A stretch of 64,000 nt of DNA from Candidatus Hydrogenedentota bacterium (GTDB lineage: Bacteria > Hydrogenedentota > Hydrogenedentia > Hydrogenedentales > SLHB01), in assembly GCA_963668025.2 (NCBI GenBank), contig CAXXTH010000017.1, forward strand, positions 960,001 through 1,024,000, in the 5' to 3' direction. Position 1 is the stretch's first letter, and each line of letters begins with the position of its first letter. Under the pieces are notes generated by a model that ran no database searches, was not told where the DNA came from, and saw only the letters and a list, made by a program, of their open reading frames with translations. This document shows positions 18,447 through 29,288 of the stretch, in pieces. Made by a program: the position numbers and the translations under genes.

Positions 18447-18494
18447 GCGGGCATTCACTCCCAAGGCTTCGCTCCACGTGAATGCCCGCTTTTT
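18447..18494 (+). terminator. Intrinsic terminator-like hairpin
   Basis: GCGGGCATTCAC...GTGAATGCCCGC followed by TTTTT. Confidence 0.6.
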
Positions 18495-18664
18495 CGCGAA
18501 TTTCTCCCCAGGCCTCCGCGTGCAGGCGTGATTTTCTTGCACTGTGTTCGGACGTATGCTATAGTCCCGTGTTGCGTCTGGCGCTGTACAGGGGCATTGT
18601 CTGCGTTGTTCATCTCATTTCAGATGGCGCGGGCAGGCCTGTGCGCGGCGCTCGGGAGAACAGG

Positions 18665-19117
18665 GTGATTGAACGGACATTCGTAATGATAAAGCCTGAC
18701 GGCGTAGGCCGGCGGCTGGTGGGCGAGGTGATTCGGCGCTTCGAGCGCAAGGGCCTCACGTTGGTGGGATTGAAAATGCAGATCATCCCGCGCGGCCTCG
18801 CCGAGAAGCACTACGCCGAGCACAAAGGCAAAGGGTTTTACGACGATTTGTTGGCGTTCATCACCACCGGGCCAACCGTCCAAATGGTGTGGGAAGGCCT
18901 CAATGCCATTGCCGTGGTGCGCAAATTGAATGGCGCGACCAATTCGCAAGAGGCGGTTCATGGCACGATTCGCGGCGATTTTGGATTAACGGTCCAGAAC
19001 AATATTGTCCACGCCTCGGATAAGGCGGAGACAGCGGAGCGCGAGATCGCACTCTATTTCGATGCATCCGAGCTGATTACGTATGCTATGCCCGACGGCC
19101 ATTGGCTTGGGGCGTAA
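18665..19117 (+). CDS. ndk: Nucleoside diphosphate kinase
   Basis: ERTFVMIKPDGV, HYAEHKGKGFY, GTIRGDFG, NIVHASD. Confidence 0.97.
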   Translation: MIERTFVMIKPDGVGRRLVGEVIRRFERKGLTLVGLKMQIIPRGLAEKHYAEHKGKGFYDDLLAFITTGPTVQMVWEGLNAIAVVRKLNGATNSQEAVHGTIRGDFGLTVQNNIVHASDKAETAEREIALYFDASELITYAMPDGHWLGA

Positions 19118-19151
19118 CTGCGCATAATCTTGACAAGAAAGGAGGAGGCGC

Positions 19152-19241
19152 ATGGCCGGAGGTAGAAAAGTGCGGCGGGCGAAGATCGCCAAGCATAAAC
19201 GCAAAAAGAAGCGTCGCGCGAACCGCCATAAGAACAAATAG
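19152..19241 (+). CDS. Small basic ribosomal protein bS22-like (AURKAIP1/COX24 family), 29 aa
   Basis: MAGGRKVRRAKIAKHKRKKKRRANRHKNK with AGGAGGAGG RBS; matches the KHKRKK..R..RHK pattern. Confidence 0.8.
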   Translation: MAGGRKVRRAKIAKHKRKKKRRANRHKNK

Positions 19242-19413
19242 TAGGTCCTAAGCCTGCGTGTCCTGTTTATTTCCAGGCGCATCGAAAGCCGGTGCGCGCT
19301 CGGGAAACAGCATAGTTCCTATCGGCTTCGGCCCCGTGTATGCGGGGCCGAAGCCTTCTGAATGTGTTGGCCGCGAACAAGCCACGGCCTAGTGACAAAA
19401 AGGAGCCTGGAGC

Positions 19414-19857
19414 ATGGCTGGCGACGAGCCAAAGATTTTCATCGACGAAGGCTGGAAAGCCCAAGTCCAGCGGGAAAAAGAATTGGCCGAAGAGCAAGCT
19501 CGCGCCACCGCTGGGACTGAACCGGACGGTGAGGATGCCGAGCAGGAAGAAAAAGGCACACCGTTCATGATGCTGGTGAACAGTTTGGCGACGCAAGCCC
19601 TGTTCGCTCTGGGCCTCATCACCCCGCCAAATTCGAAGCAAGTATACATCGATATTGAAGAGGCGGGTTTTTCCATTGAGATGCTGCTCGTTCTCCGCGA
19701 GAAGACCAAGGGCAATCTAGAGCCTGAAGAAGAAGGCATGCTGGCGGAGAGCATTTCCGAACTGCAGCGGGCGTACGCGGTGCGTGCGCAGCAAGTGCAG
19801 GAAGCCGCTCTCAAAAACGCGGGTGTCCATCCGAACCATCTCAAGAACCGGCCCTAA
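19414..19857 (+). CDS. DUF1844-family protein
   Basis: LATQALFALG...IEMLLVLREKTKGNLEPEE. Confidence 0.8.
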   Translation: MAGDEPKIFIDEGWKAQVQREKELAEEQARATAGTEPDGEDAEQEEKGTPFMMLVNSLATQALFALGLITPPNSKQVYIDIEEAGFSIEMLLVLREKTKGNLEPEEEGMLAESISELQRAYAVRAQQVQEAALKNAGVHPNHLKNRP

Positions 19858-19897
19858 CCGGCAGGCTCGCGGCTGTTATTTTACGTGCGTTCTATGA

Positions 19898-21229
<1,332 letters not shown>

Positions 21230-21243
21230 GGTTTTTATTTACG

Positions 21244-21273
21244 AAAGGCATGGGCCATCGCCCATGCCTTTTT
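21244..21273 (+). terminator. purA intrinsic terminator (intron target)
   Basis: AAAGGCATGGGC-CATC-GCCCATGCCTTT followed by TT. Confidence 0.88.
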
Positions 21274-21277
21274 CGAT

Positions 21278-23169
21278 GTGTGCCAAGCATGGCGCGGATC
21301 TAAGGGGTGTAAGTCCCCTGCAAGCCCTGATGGTGGGAATTGCTAGCCAAGAGCAAGGGCGTCGCCGCGAGGCGGGGTCTGGAGGAAGCAGGAGGCAAAA
21401 GTCGGACTCGACGCACAGAAACCGGATAGAAGGCCGGGGTGGCGGGGCAAGCCAGCAATGGATGGCGACGCCCAATAACCATTCGGACACACCTTGGTAA
21501 ATCCGGCGAGGCCCGGCGGAAAGAGGCGCGTCTTACCTTGGGAGACCTGTTCATCTGTCTGGAAGAGCCAGACTAGCGGGATGGCAACATGTCGCGAGGG
21601 GTGGGCAGGAGTCAGCCGAGGCCATAATACCCGCAAGGGGAAGGGCCGAATCGATCATTCAAGGAGCAGCATTGAACGTCTCGTGGGATAGGGAGCGGCA
21701 GGAAGTAGCAGGTTGCCAGATGGAGTTCCCACTGGAGTCGGCTTGCCACGGCGCAATCGGAGAAGGCGGAACCGAATCGGATGCGTTCGAGGCGCGGCAA
21801 CTATCCCCGGCGGCGAACAAGAGGCGAGCCTTGACGCAAGACTTGATGGAACGGGTCGCGAGTCTTGCGAACCTGACGGAAGCGGTACGCCGGGTGCAAC
21901 GGAACAAAGGCGCGGCGGGTGCGGACGGCATGAGCGTACGCGACCTGAAGCGTTGGTTTCCGGAACACTGGCGGGGACTGCAAGAGGAACTGACGGCAGG
22001 GCGCTACCGTCCCCAACCGGTGTTGGGAGTGCAAATCCCCAAGCCGGGCGGGGGGATGCGGCAACTGGGCATTCCGACGGTGGTGGACCGAGTCGTGCAA
22101 CAAGCGCTCTTGCAGGCTCTCGAACCGCTTCTAGACCCGGCCTTCTCGGAAAGCAGTTATGGATTTCGTCCAAGGCACAATGCACATCAGGCGCTGCGGC
22201 AAGCCAGCACGTACGTAAGCGAAGGCCGCTGCATTGTTGTGGACATGGACCTGGAAAAATTCTTCGACCGGGTCAACCACGACATCCTGATGGCGCGCGT
22301 GGCGCGGCACGTGTCAGACAAACGCGTACTCCGACTCATCCGCTGGTTTCTTGAAGTCGGCATGATGCAGAACGGCGTATGCATCGAACGATACGAAGGG
22401 ACCCCGCAAGGCGGTCCTCTATCGCCGCTGCTGGCCAACCTGCTCTTGGACGACCTGGACAAGGAGTTGGAGAAACGAGGGCATCGTTTTTGCCGCTATG
22501 CGGACGACTGCAACATTTACGTGCAGACGATACGCGCGGGAGAACGTGTCCTGACATCGGTCACGCAGTTCCTTGAGGGGAAGCTGAAACTACGGGTGAA
22601 CCGCGAGAAGAGCGCGGTGGCGTTCGTGGGAGAGCGGAAATTTTTGGGTTATCGCTTGCTGGGTGGGGGGCGATTGGGCATCGCGCCCAAGAGCCTCGAC
22701 CGGGCGAAAGACCGCATCCGCGACATCACGCGACGCAACCGCGGCGACGCCAAAGTGCGCCAGATGATTGAGGAGCTCAACAGCTTCCTGAGCGGCTGGA
22801 TAACCTACTATCGGTTTGCCGAAGCAAAGGGCCATCTGGAACGCCTCGGGGAATGGATGCGGCGCAAACTGCGCTGCGTCATCCTCAAACGCCTCAAGCG
22901 CACGAAAACCATAGCGGACTTCCTTAGAAAACTAGGCGTGCCGCAATTTCAGGCGTGGATACTCGCAGGGTCCGGGAAGGGCTGGTGGCGCAAAGCGGGG
23001 AGTCCTCCCGCGCAACACGCCATGGACAAACAATGGTTCGCGAAACAAAAACTGATAGACCCGGTTCAACGGTACGAAACGTTCAAAAATGACCGAAACC
23101 GCCGTGGTACCGAGCAGGTATGCCCGGTGGTGTGAGAGGGGGGGACCGTGAGGAACCCCCCTACTCGAT
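21278..23169 (+). mobile_element. Group IIC intron
   Basis: 5' GTGTG 4 nt after a terminator. Domain V/VI-like 3' end ACCGCCGTG...CGGTGGTGTGAGAGG...CCTACTCGAT. Encodes a reverse transcriptase. Confidence 0.92.
21720..23135 (+). CDS. ltrA: Group II intron reverse transcriptase/maturase (no endonuclease domain)
   Basis: NKGAAGADG, RQLGIPTVVDR, DLEKFFD, GTPQGGPLSPLLAN, YADD, GWITYY. Start codon uncertain. Confidence 0.93.
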   Translation: MEFPLESACHGAIGEGGTESDAFEARQLSPAANKRRALTQDLMERVASLANLTEAVRRVQRNKGAAGADGMSVRDLKRWFPEHWRGLQEELTAGRYRPQPVLGVQIPKPGGGMRQLGIPTVVDRVVQQALLQALEPLLDPAFSESSYGFRPRHNAHQALRQASTYVSEGRCIVVDMDLEKFFDRVNHDILMARVARHVSDKRVLRLIRWFLEVGMMQNGVCIERYEGTPQGGPLSPLLANLLLDDLDKELEKRGHRFCRYADDCNIYVQTIRAGERVLTSVTQFLEGKLKLRVNREKSAVAFVGERKFLGYRLLGGGRLGIAPKSLDRAKDRIRDITRRNRGDAKVRQMIEELNSFLSGWITYYRFAEAKGHLERLGEWMRRKLRCVILKRLKRTKTIADFLRKLGVPQFQAWILAGSGKGWWRKAGSPPAQHAMDKQWFAKQKLIDPVQRYETFKNDRNRRGTEQVCPVV

Positions 23170-23216
23170 TGCAAGCCCGTTCGGAATGAAATAGGGCCAT
23201 TCTGTTTTTCGCGCAT

Positions 23217-24611
23217 TCACTTCAATGCCGGAAGGCTGGCGGCGGCGATGGATTGGCCGACCCGGCGCGCCTTCTCGTCGGGGAGCTGCACGTTGATGCG
23301 CGCGGCTAATTCGGGGAATTCCCCTTTCAACACTTCCATCGCGCCATCGACGAGCAAGTCGCCGCCCCGGCCCGAGGTGCAGCGCCCGAGCACGAGTATG
23401 TGGTTCAACGCATAAAAATCCGCGTAATGGGCGATGCCGTATCCCAGGTAGTATCCCATGCTGCGCCAGATATCCGTCGCGCCCGCCTCCCCGGCTTCGA
23501 GTTTCGCTTGCACGATTTTGAGGCGTTCCGCGTCGGTGATGTCCGTGGGCAGTTCGATGCCCACCTTCGGCGCGAGTCGGAACACGCATTGCTGCGAGAA
23601 ATACAGCGCGCCTACGCCGGCGTCTTTGGACCATTCGTCGGCGGGCGCTTCTGGATTGTAGTCGATGGGTGCAAAGGCCAGTTCATTGAGCCAGCCAGTG
23701 ATGTTGCCGTCCATGGTCACATAGCCGCCCGCCTCGCTCGAACCCAGGGCGATGCCTAGCACGCCGTTGTCTTCGAGCGACATCGAACCGGCCAGCGCGG
23801 TCACTTCGCCATCATTCACCACATCGAAGGGCACGCCGAACTCCTTGCCCAGGCGGAGAAACATCGAGCGCACTTCGTCGAACCGGTCTTTCGGGATGCC
23901 CCGGAACAACGAGGCGATCATGGGGCGGTTGTTGATGTAGACGCCCGCACTGCTGCCGCCGATGGCGTCGACACGCGGCATCTTGGACGCCGCCGTGAGG
24001 AGTGCGGTTTTAATCTCGTTATAGTGGTAACTGGGGTCCGTGTGTTTGCGCGGCTCCCACACGACCTCTTCGCTGTAAACGGCCTGCCCGTCGATGACGG
24101 CGGACACCTTGCGGTCCGATGCGCCTAGATCAAAGCCGATGCGGCAGCCTTCCAGGTGGCGGCCCAGGGCTTGCGTGGTCTCGTGTTCAGGCGGCACATC
24201 CTCCGCCGTACACGAGACAACCTCGAAGGTCCGCTCGTAGACATCCTCGCCCATGAAATGATAATCGAAAGCCTGCGAGCCATCGGCGGCATAGCACTGG
24301 GCGATATACGCCCCGATGCTGGCCGGGCCGCCCACGTAGACCTTACACCCGCCGCGCTGCCAAAGCAGGAATTTCACGATGCGCTCGACATACCGCAGAT
24401 TGGCGGTGGCGCGGGGATGGCCCTCGGGAAACACCTTCGTTTCATAGCGCGATACCGAGCCATCGGACCGTTCTAGGCCCAGTACCAGCGGCGCGCCGCC
24501 CTCTCGATTCACTTCTTCGAGAAAGGCCCGGTTCGCCAACACGGCGGGACGAAATCCAGGATCCAATGGCGGTACAAAACGAGGCTCTACAAGTTTGAAT
24601 GCATCCAACAT
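23217..24611 (-). CDS. ROK-family sugar kinase-like protein with N-terminal extension
   Basis: IGFDLGAS, GGSSAGV, VVNDGEVTALAG, ALGSSEAGGY, NEL. Confidence 0.85.
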   Translation of the reverse strand: MLDAFKLVEPRFVPPLDPGFRPAVLANRAFLEEVNREGGAPLVLGLERSDGSVSRYETKVFPEGHPRATANLRYVERIVKFLLWQRGGCKVYVGGPASIGAYIAQCYAADGSQAFDYHFMGEDVYERTFEVVSCTAEDVPPEHETTQALGRHLEGCRIGFDLGASDRKVSAVIDGQAVYSEEVVWEPRKHTDPSYHYNEIKTALLTAASKMPRVDAIGGSSAGVYINNRPMIASLFRGIPKDRFDEVRSMFLRLGKEFGVPFDVVNDGEVTALAGSMSLEDNGVLGIALGSSEAGGYVTMDGNITGWLNELAFAPIDYNPEAPADEWSKDAGVGALYFSQQCVFRLAPKVGIELPTDITDAERLKIVQAKLEAGEAGATDIWRSMGYYLGYGIAHYADFYALNHILVLGRCTSGRGGDLLVDGAMEVLKGEFPELAARINVQLPDEKARRVGQSIAAASLPALK

Positions 24612-25050
24612 GTCATAGGGCTCCTTATGATGATTCAGTTAAAAGAGGTTAAACGGTGAAACGATAGCATAAAATAGCAGCGCGTATCATACCGCGAAGC
24701 GGTTTGGCGATAAATGCAACCATTTGCCTGCTCTGATGTCGTTGCGCTGAAATAAAAACACGGCACCCACTACGGACAAGGTCCATATGGTGACGCCCAA
24801 TCACTTGGAATGGCGGATAGATGGCCGTCAAGAGTAGTTTTAGCGCAATGAGAAGATTTGCGAATCCGTTATCTATTTGAGATAGATCTTGGTGGTGCCC
24901 CATAAAACCACTTGAATCACCCCGGCGTCCTGGGGATAATCACGACATCAGGTGCTCCATTTTTACGCCGCCACCTGATTCACTTCTAAAACTAGCGCCG
25001 CCATGCGGAAAGCAGGCGAAGGCGCGGCCTTTGCCGGGAAGGGAATAACG

Positions 25051-26058
25051 ATGCGTTTACAGCATTGGATCACTCTTACGTTCATTGTGGTTTTACCCCT
25101 AGGTTGCACTGCGCCCGAACAAGCGGGCAGCCCAGCGGGAAAAGCTGTGCAATCAAGTGAAAAGGAAGCCGCTGCACCTTCCAATCAAGCCGCCGCGAAA
25201 AAGCCTCGGATTGCCCTGGTGATGAAGTCGCTGGCGAATGAATTCTTCAAGACGATGGAGCAAGGCGCGCGCGACTATAACGCTGAACACGCGGATGAAT
25301 TCGAGCTTGTGGTGAACGGGATCAAAAACGAAGAAGACATCAGCGGCCAGGTGGCGCTGGTCGAGCAGATGATGGCCATCAAAGTCGATGCGCTGGTAAT
25401 CGCCCCCGCGGACTCGAAGGCCTTGGTGTCGGTGCTTGAACGTGCTACGAAGAGCGGCATCAAGGTGGTGAACATCGACAATAAGCTGGATGATGCGATC
25501 CTTGCGGAGCGGAATTTGCAGATCCCCTTTGTGGGCCCGGATAACCGGAAGGGCGCCCGGCTGGCCGGTGAATACCTGGCGGCAAAACTCGAACCGGGCG
25601 CGGAGGTGGCCATCATCGGCGGGATTCCCAGCGCCTTCAACGCGATCCAGCGCAAGAACGGGTTCGAAGATGCGATGGCGGCAGGGAAAATGGCTATTGT
25701 CGAAAGCCAAAGCGCCAATTGGGAGATGAGCAAGGCGAGCCAAGTCGTCTCGGGTATCGTAAGCGAACACCCCGGCCTGAAAGCGTTGTTATGCGCAAAC
25801 GACAGCATGGCCTTAGGCGCGGTGGCCGCGCTTGAAGACGCTGGCAAACTCAAAGATGTCCTCGTGGTCGGCTATGACAACATTAGCGCGGCCCAGGCGC
25901 TTGTGCGTGAAGGCAAAATGCTCTGCACCGTAGACCAGCATGCCGATAAGCTGGCCGTGTATGGTATTCAGTATGCGTTGGAGCTTCTGAAAACAGGCAC
26001 ATCGCCCACCAACCAGGAAACGGCTGTAGAAGTGGTGTCGGCTGAGGACCTCGCGTGA
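25051..26058 (+). CDS. Sugar ABC substrate-binding lipoprotein (RbsB-like)
   Basis: LGC lipobox, LANEFF, VGPDN, ANW, CANDSMALG, GYD. Confidence 0.92.
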   Translation: MRLQHWITLTFIVVLPLGCTAPEQAGSPAGKAVQSSEKEAAAPSNQAAAKKPRIALVMKSLANEFFKTMEQGARDYNAEHADEFELVVNGIKNEEDISGQVALVEQMMAIKVDALVIAPADSKALVSVLERATKSGIKVVNIDNKLDDAILAERNLQIPFVGPDNRKGARLAGEYLAAKLEPGAEVAIIGGIPSAFNAIQRKNGFEDAMAAGKMAIVESQSANWEMSKASQVVSGIVSEHPGLKALLCANDSMALGAVAALEDAGKLKDVLVVGYDNISAAQALVREGKMLCTVDQHADKLAVYGIQYALELLKTGTSPTNQETAVEVVSAEDLA

Positions 26059-27029
26059 ATCAATTGAATTTGCCTCAGCCAAAGGAGGGAACGGCAAACC
26101 CTCGATGGAGAGCGCGCCTTGGCAGTGTCTTTGGCATGGCCTTTGCCCTCATAGGACTCATCATTTTGTTTGGCGTGCTCACGGACCACTTCCTGAGCAT
26201 GGGCAATGTGCGCACCATCGCCAATCAGATTCCGGCGCTGTTAATTGTTTCCGTGGGCATGACCTTCGTGCTGATTTCCGGAGGCATCGACTTATCCGTC
26301 GGTTCTGTTTTGGCGCTATCCAGCGGTGTGATGGGTGTGGCGCTGGCGCGTTACTCTGTTCCGCTCTTTCCTGCGCTGCTGCTTGCGGTGTGTGCTGGAC
26401 TGCTATGCGGCATGATGAACGGGATCATCGTGGCGTGGTGGCGGCTGCCCTCCTTCATCGTCACCTTGGGCATGCTCGAGGCGGCGCGCGGGGCCGCATA
26501 CCTTGTGACCGATTCACAAACGCAGTACATCGGCTTGAAGATCGAAAGGGTCGCGGAGGCGGGTGTGGCGGGCATCTCGGTTCCCTTCCTTGTGGCGCTT
26601 CTTGTGGTGATTTCTGGCCATGTCATTCTGACTAAAACCGTACTAGGACGCCATCTGGTCGCGACCGGGTATCGTGAGGAGGTGGCCCATTATAGCGGCG
26701 TCAAAACGCGCGGCATCCACTTTTTCGTATTCTCGCTCGCGGGCGCTTTGACCGGGCTTGCGGCGATCATGCACACGGCCCGGTTATCCGCGGTGGACCC
26801 GAATGCGGGCTTGGGGCTGGAGCTCGAGGCGATTGCGGCGGTTGTCATCGGCGGCACGAGCCTGGCTGGCGGCCGGGGTTCCGTGCTGCGCACCACCTTT
26901 GGCGTCCTAATCATCGCGGTGCTGGGAAATGGCCTGGCGCAAGTAGGCGCTCAAGAACCCACCAAACGATTGATAACAGGCCTCGTAATCGTCGCCGCAG
27001 TCATCCTGGATCATTACCGGAAAGATTAA
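26055..27029 (+). CDS. Sugar ABC permease (RbsC-like)
   Basis: GMTFVLISGGIDLSVGS, PSFIVTLGM, ELEAIAAVVIGGTSLAGGRGS. Confidence 0.93.
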   Translation: MNQLNLPQPKEGTANPRWRARLGSVFGMAFALIGLIILFGVLTDHFLSMGNVRTIANQIPALLIVSVGMTFVLISGGIDLSVGSVLALSSGVMGVALARYSVPLFPALLLAVCAGLLCGMMNGIIVAWWRLPSFIVTLGMLEAARGAAYLVTDSQTQYIGLKIERVAEAGVAGISVPFLVALLVVISGHVILTKTVLGRHLVATGYREEVAHYSGVKTRGIHFFVFSLAGALTGLAAIMHTARLSAVDPNAGLGLELEAIAAVVIGGTSLAGGRGSVLRTTFGVLIIAVLGNGLAQVGAQEPTKRLITGLVIVAAVILDHYRKD

Positions 27030-27105
27030 CATCCGCAAATAAGCTTTGGAGTGAAGATCGAATAGTTCTACAGTGATGATGGGTATCTGCAAATAAGTTC
27101 CCGCA

Positions 27106-27390
27106 TTATGGTGAATATTCGCAAAAAGCAGAGTCAGGACCATGGCCCTGAAGCGGTCCAGCTAAAAAATTCGGACTACCTTGTGCGAGTGAGGAAGCGA
27201 GTGGCGCGAGAAAGGCCTCCACTGCCTCTACAATATCGCGGAATGAAGCAGGAATGTGATCTTGTTGCAGGCGTTTCCTGAAGGCCGTCCATTGAACCTG
27301 TTTGGCGTCGTTGAATGGCCTTTTATCGCTCTTGGCGCGGTTGAGGAGGCGCTGGTGAACGGATGCGGACACATTTTTTATGGGCTTCAT
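27106..27390 (-). pseudogene. AbiEii-type nucleotidyltransferase toxin remnant (central deletion)
   Basis: N-terminal KNVSASVHQRLLNRAK..RPFN is fused directly to C-terminal KQVQWTAF...; the GG-type nucleotidyltransferase core is missing. Confidence 0.75.
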
Positions 27391-27980
27391 ATACTCGTTT
27401 CCAGGTAGGGACGCATCACTTTTTCGACTCGGCAGATTTTCGCGTATTTGAGTAGTTCACCAAAATCGAATTTCTTACGTGTTTTGTAGAGTTTTAAGGC
27501 CTCCAGCACCACGTCCATACCGATTTTATTTCGGAACTTGAAGCAATCGGCGAGTGTTTTTTCAGGAGTATAGATTTTGACGGCTACGCCGTCGATTTGA
27601 TGTTCCTCAATACCCGCGCGCTATGCCTGGCCGGAGAATCGGTGAACGAGGAGAGGCGGGTAATCAAGCGATGGCGCCCGTGACTCCCTGGAAATCGCTA
27701 CGGAGACGTTATGCGGAACTTGTGTCGTGATATCATGGTAAGCCAGCGCTGAGACGAGGCAGATGATTGCGTTCGGGAAACGCAGTCCAGTCGTCGCCAG
27801 GTCGGGATTACTGATGGGTGGAAGCTCCGCCAGACGATATACTCCTCTGCTTACTGGTTCAATCGCTCCTCTGTCCCTAAGTGAATAGAGCATATAGCGA
27901 GTGATCCCAAGCTCAATGGCTTCGCTCATTCGTAGTTGGCCGCCATATGAACGGAAAATATTTTCTGGATTCTCTTTCAT
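27387..27980 (-). pseudogene. AbiEi type IV antitoxin with an internal amber stop
   Basis: VSRGVYRL, ICLVSALAYHDITTQVP, then TAG at 27621-27623. The frame continues as RAGIEE...YTPEKTLADCFKFRNKIG...RPYLE to a TGA overlapping the toxin ATG. Confidence 0.85.
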
Positions 27981-27989
27981 GCCTGGTCC

Positions 27990-28035
27990 CAGACAAATTG
28001 TCGCCACTTATACACAAGTGGTAACAATTTGTCTG
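27990..28035. promoter_or_regulatory. Inverted-repeat operator upstream of abiEi
   Basis: CAGACAAATTGTCGCCACTT-ATACAC-AAGTGGTAACAATTTGTCTG. Confidence 0.75.
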
Positions 28036-28164
28036 ATTTGCACCGAAAAATCAAGAAGAAAACAAGAAAAAATGAAAACTGGCGCGGCACATACAGACTT
28101 TATCTATTACATCCATTCACGCATCCGGCTTTTCACTCCGTGTGTGGAATCTGTATTTCACTTA

Positions 28165-29052
28165 TTACGTGGGCAGGGTGGAAGCGGAGATCAGCGTATC
28201 TTCGAATCGCAGCGTGCTGGATTGCCGGTAGTGGGAGGGAGACAGCATAAAACACGCTTTGAACTCCCGGCTGAAATGAAACGGATTGCAGAAGCCGGTT
28301 TGTTGGGCGATTTGGGCAATGGATTCGCTGCTGGACATGAGCAGTTTACAGGCCTCGTTCAATCGGATTTGTTTGACATAGTCCATGGGAGAGCATTTCA
28401 TATGCTCTTTGAAAAAGGCGTGGAACCGCGAACGCGACATGTGGGCCAAGCTGGCCAGATGCGCCACATCCATCGGCTCGGCCATATGCGCCCGGATGTG
28501 GGAGAACACCGAAGTCAGCCGTTCCGAGTGTTGCAGGATATTCAGGCTCTCGGGCCGCATGGGCGCACTGGCGCAAAGAATGCGCAGAATCGCATATGCT
28601 TGTTCCTGGCGCCAAGCCAGCCAATACAATGAATCGTCAATCTCTTGAGGATTCACATCCAGCAGGTTCTCCACGACCTTGCCCATTTGGGCGGCTTTGC
28701 TGGCCTCCAAGCACAGGGGCATGTCCAGCAGCGAGGTGAGGTCCACCGTGCCGAATAACGTGAAATGAAAATGAATCCAGCGCGCCCCCATCCAGCCGCC
28801 GCGCCCGGGTTCCGCGTGATGCACAATCGTCATGATACGGTTGGCGGGTGTCAAAAAGGCTTCTCCAGGGCGAATGGCCTCGGTGCGCCCATCACAGGTG
28901 ATTTCATATGCGCCGAACAGCACTTGCGCGAAAATCGTGCAGGGAACAATTTTCTGATGGACCAAGCCATCGGGAAGTTGCTGTGATTGGCCTGGAGCCA
29001 GAAAATGCAGCGTTAAAGCATCAGGCGGAATCGCGGATATCGAAAATTTCAC
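28165..29052 (-). CDS. AraC-family transcriptional regulator
   Basis: Cupin-like N-domain; LAHMSRSRFHAFFK...SPMDY...RLNEACKLL...IAQQTGFCNPFHFSREFK. Start codon approximate. Confidence 0.93.
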   Translation of the reverse strand: MKFSISAIPPDALTLHFLAPGQSQQLPDGLVHQKIVPCTIFAQVLFGAYEITCDGRTEAIRPGEAFLTPANRIMTIVHHAEPGRGGWMGARWIHFHFTLFGTVDLTSLLDMPLCLEASKAAQMGKVVENLLDVNPQEIDDSLYWLAWRQEQAYAILRILCASAPMRPESLNILQHSERLTSVFSHIRAHMAEPMDVAHLASLAHMSRSRFHAFFKEHMKCSPMDYVKQIRLNEACKLLMSSSESIAQIAQQTGFCNPFHFSREFKACFMLSPSHYRQSSTLRFEDTLISASTLPT

Positions 29053-29067
29053 GGCGGTATTCCTTAA

Positions 29068-29115
29068 GTGGCATGGCCTTCCCGGCCATGCGCATGGGCG
29101 AGACGCCCATGCTAC
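29068..29115. repeat. GTRGCATGG-type REP doublet
   Basis: GTGGCATGGCCTTCCCGGCCATG-CG-CATGGGCGAGACGCCCATGCTAC. Related units at 42340-42362, 53071-53093, 59226-59267 and 63056-63082. Confidence 0.75.
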
Positions 29116-29288
29116 GGAATAAAGTTCATTGGCTCCATCCTATCAGAGCCAGCAAGGAAACGGAAACCACTTTTTAGAAAACAAGACTCTCAGATATATC
29201 TTCGAGATTCGCGGGCATTCTCATATAACTCGTTGTCTCTTATAATCATATATAGATTCTCAGCCTTAAAATCATAGGAGAGTGCATC

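Noticed and set aside
27621-27623. Pyrrolysine or readthrough at the abiEi TAG
   Set aside because: No pyl genes in the window, other genes use TAG as a normal stop, and the partner toxin is also destroyed.
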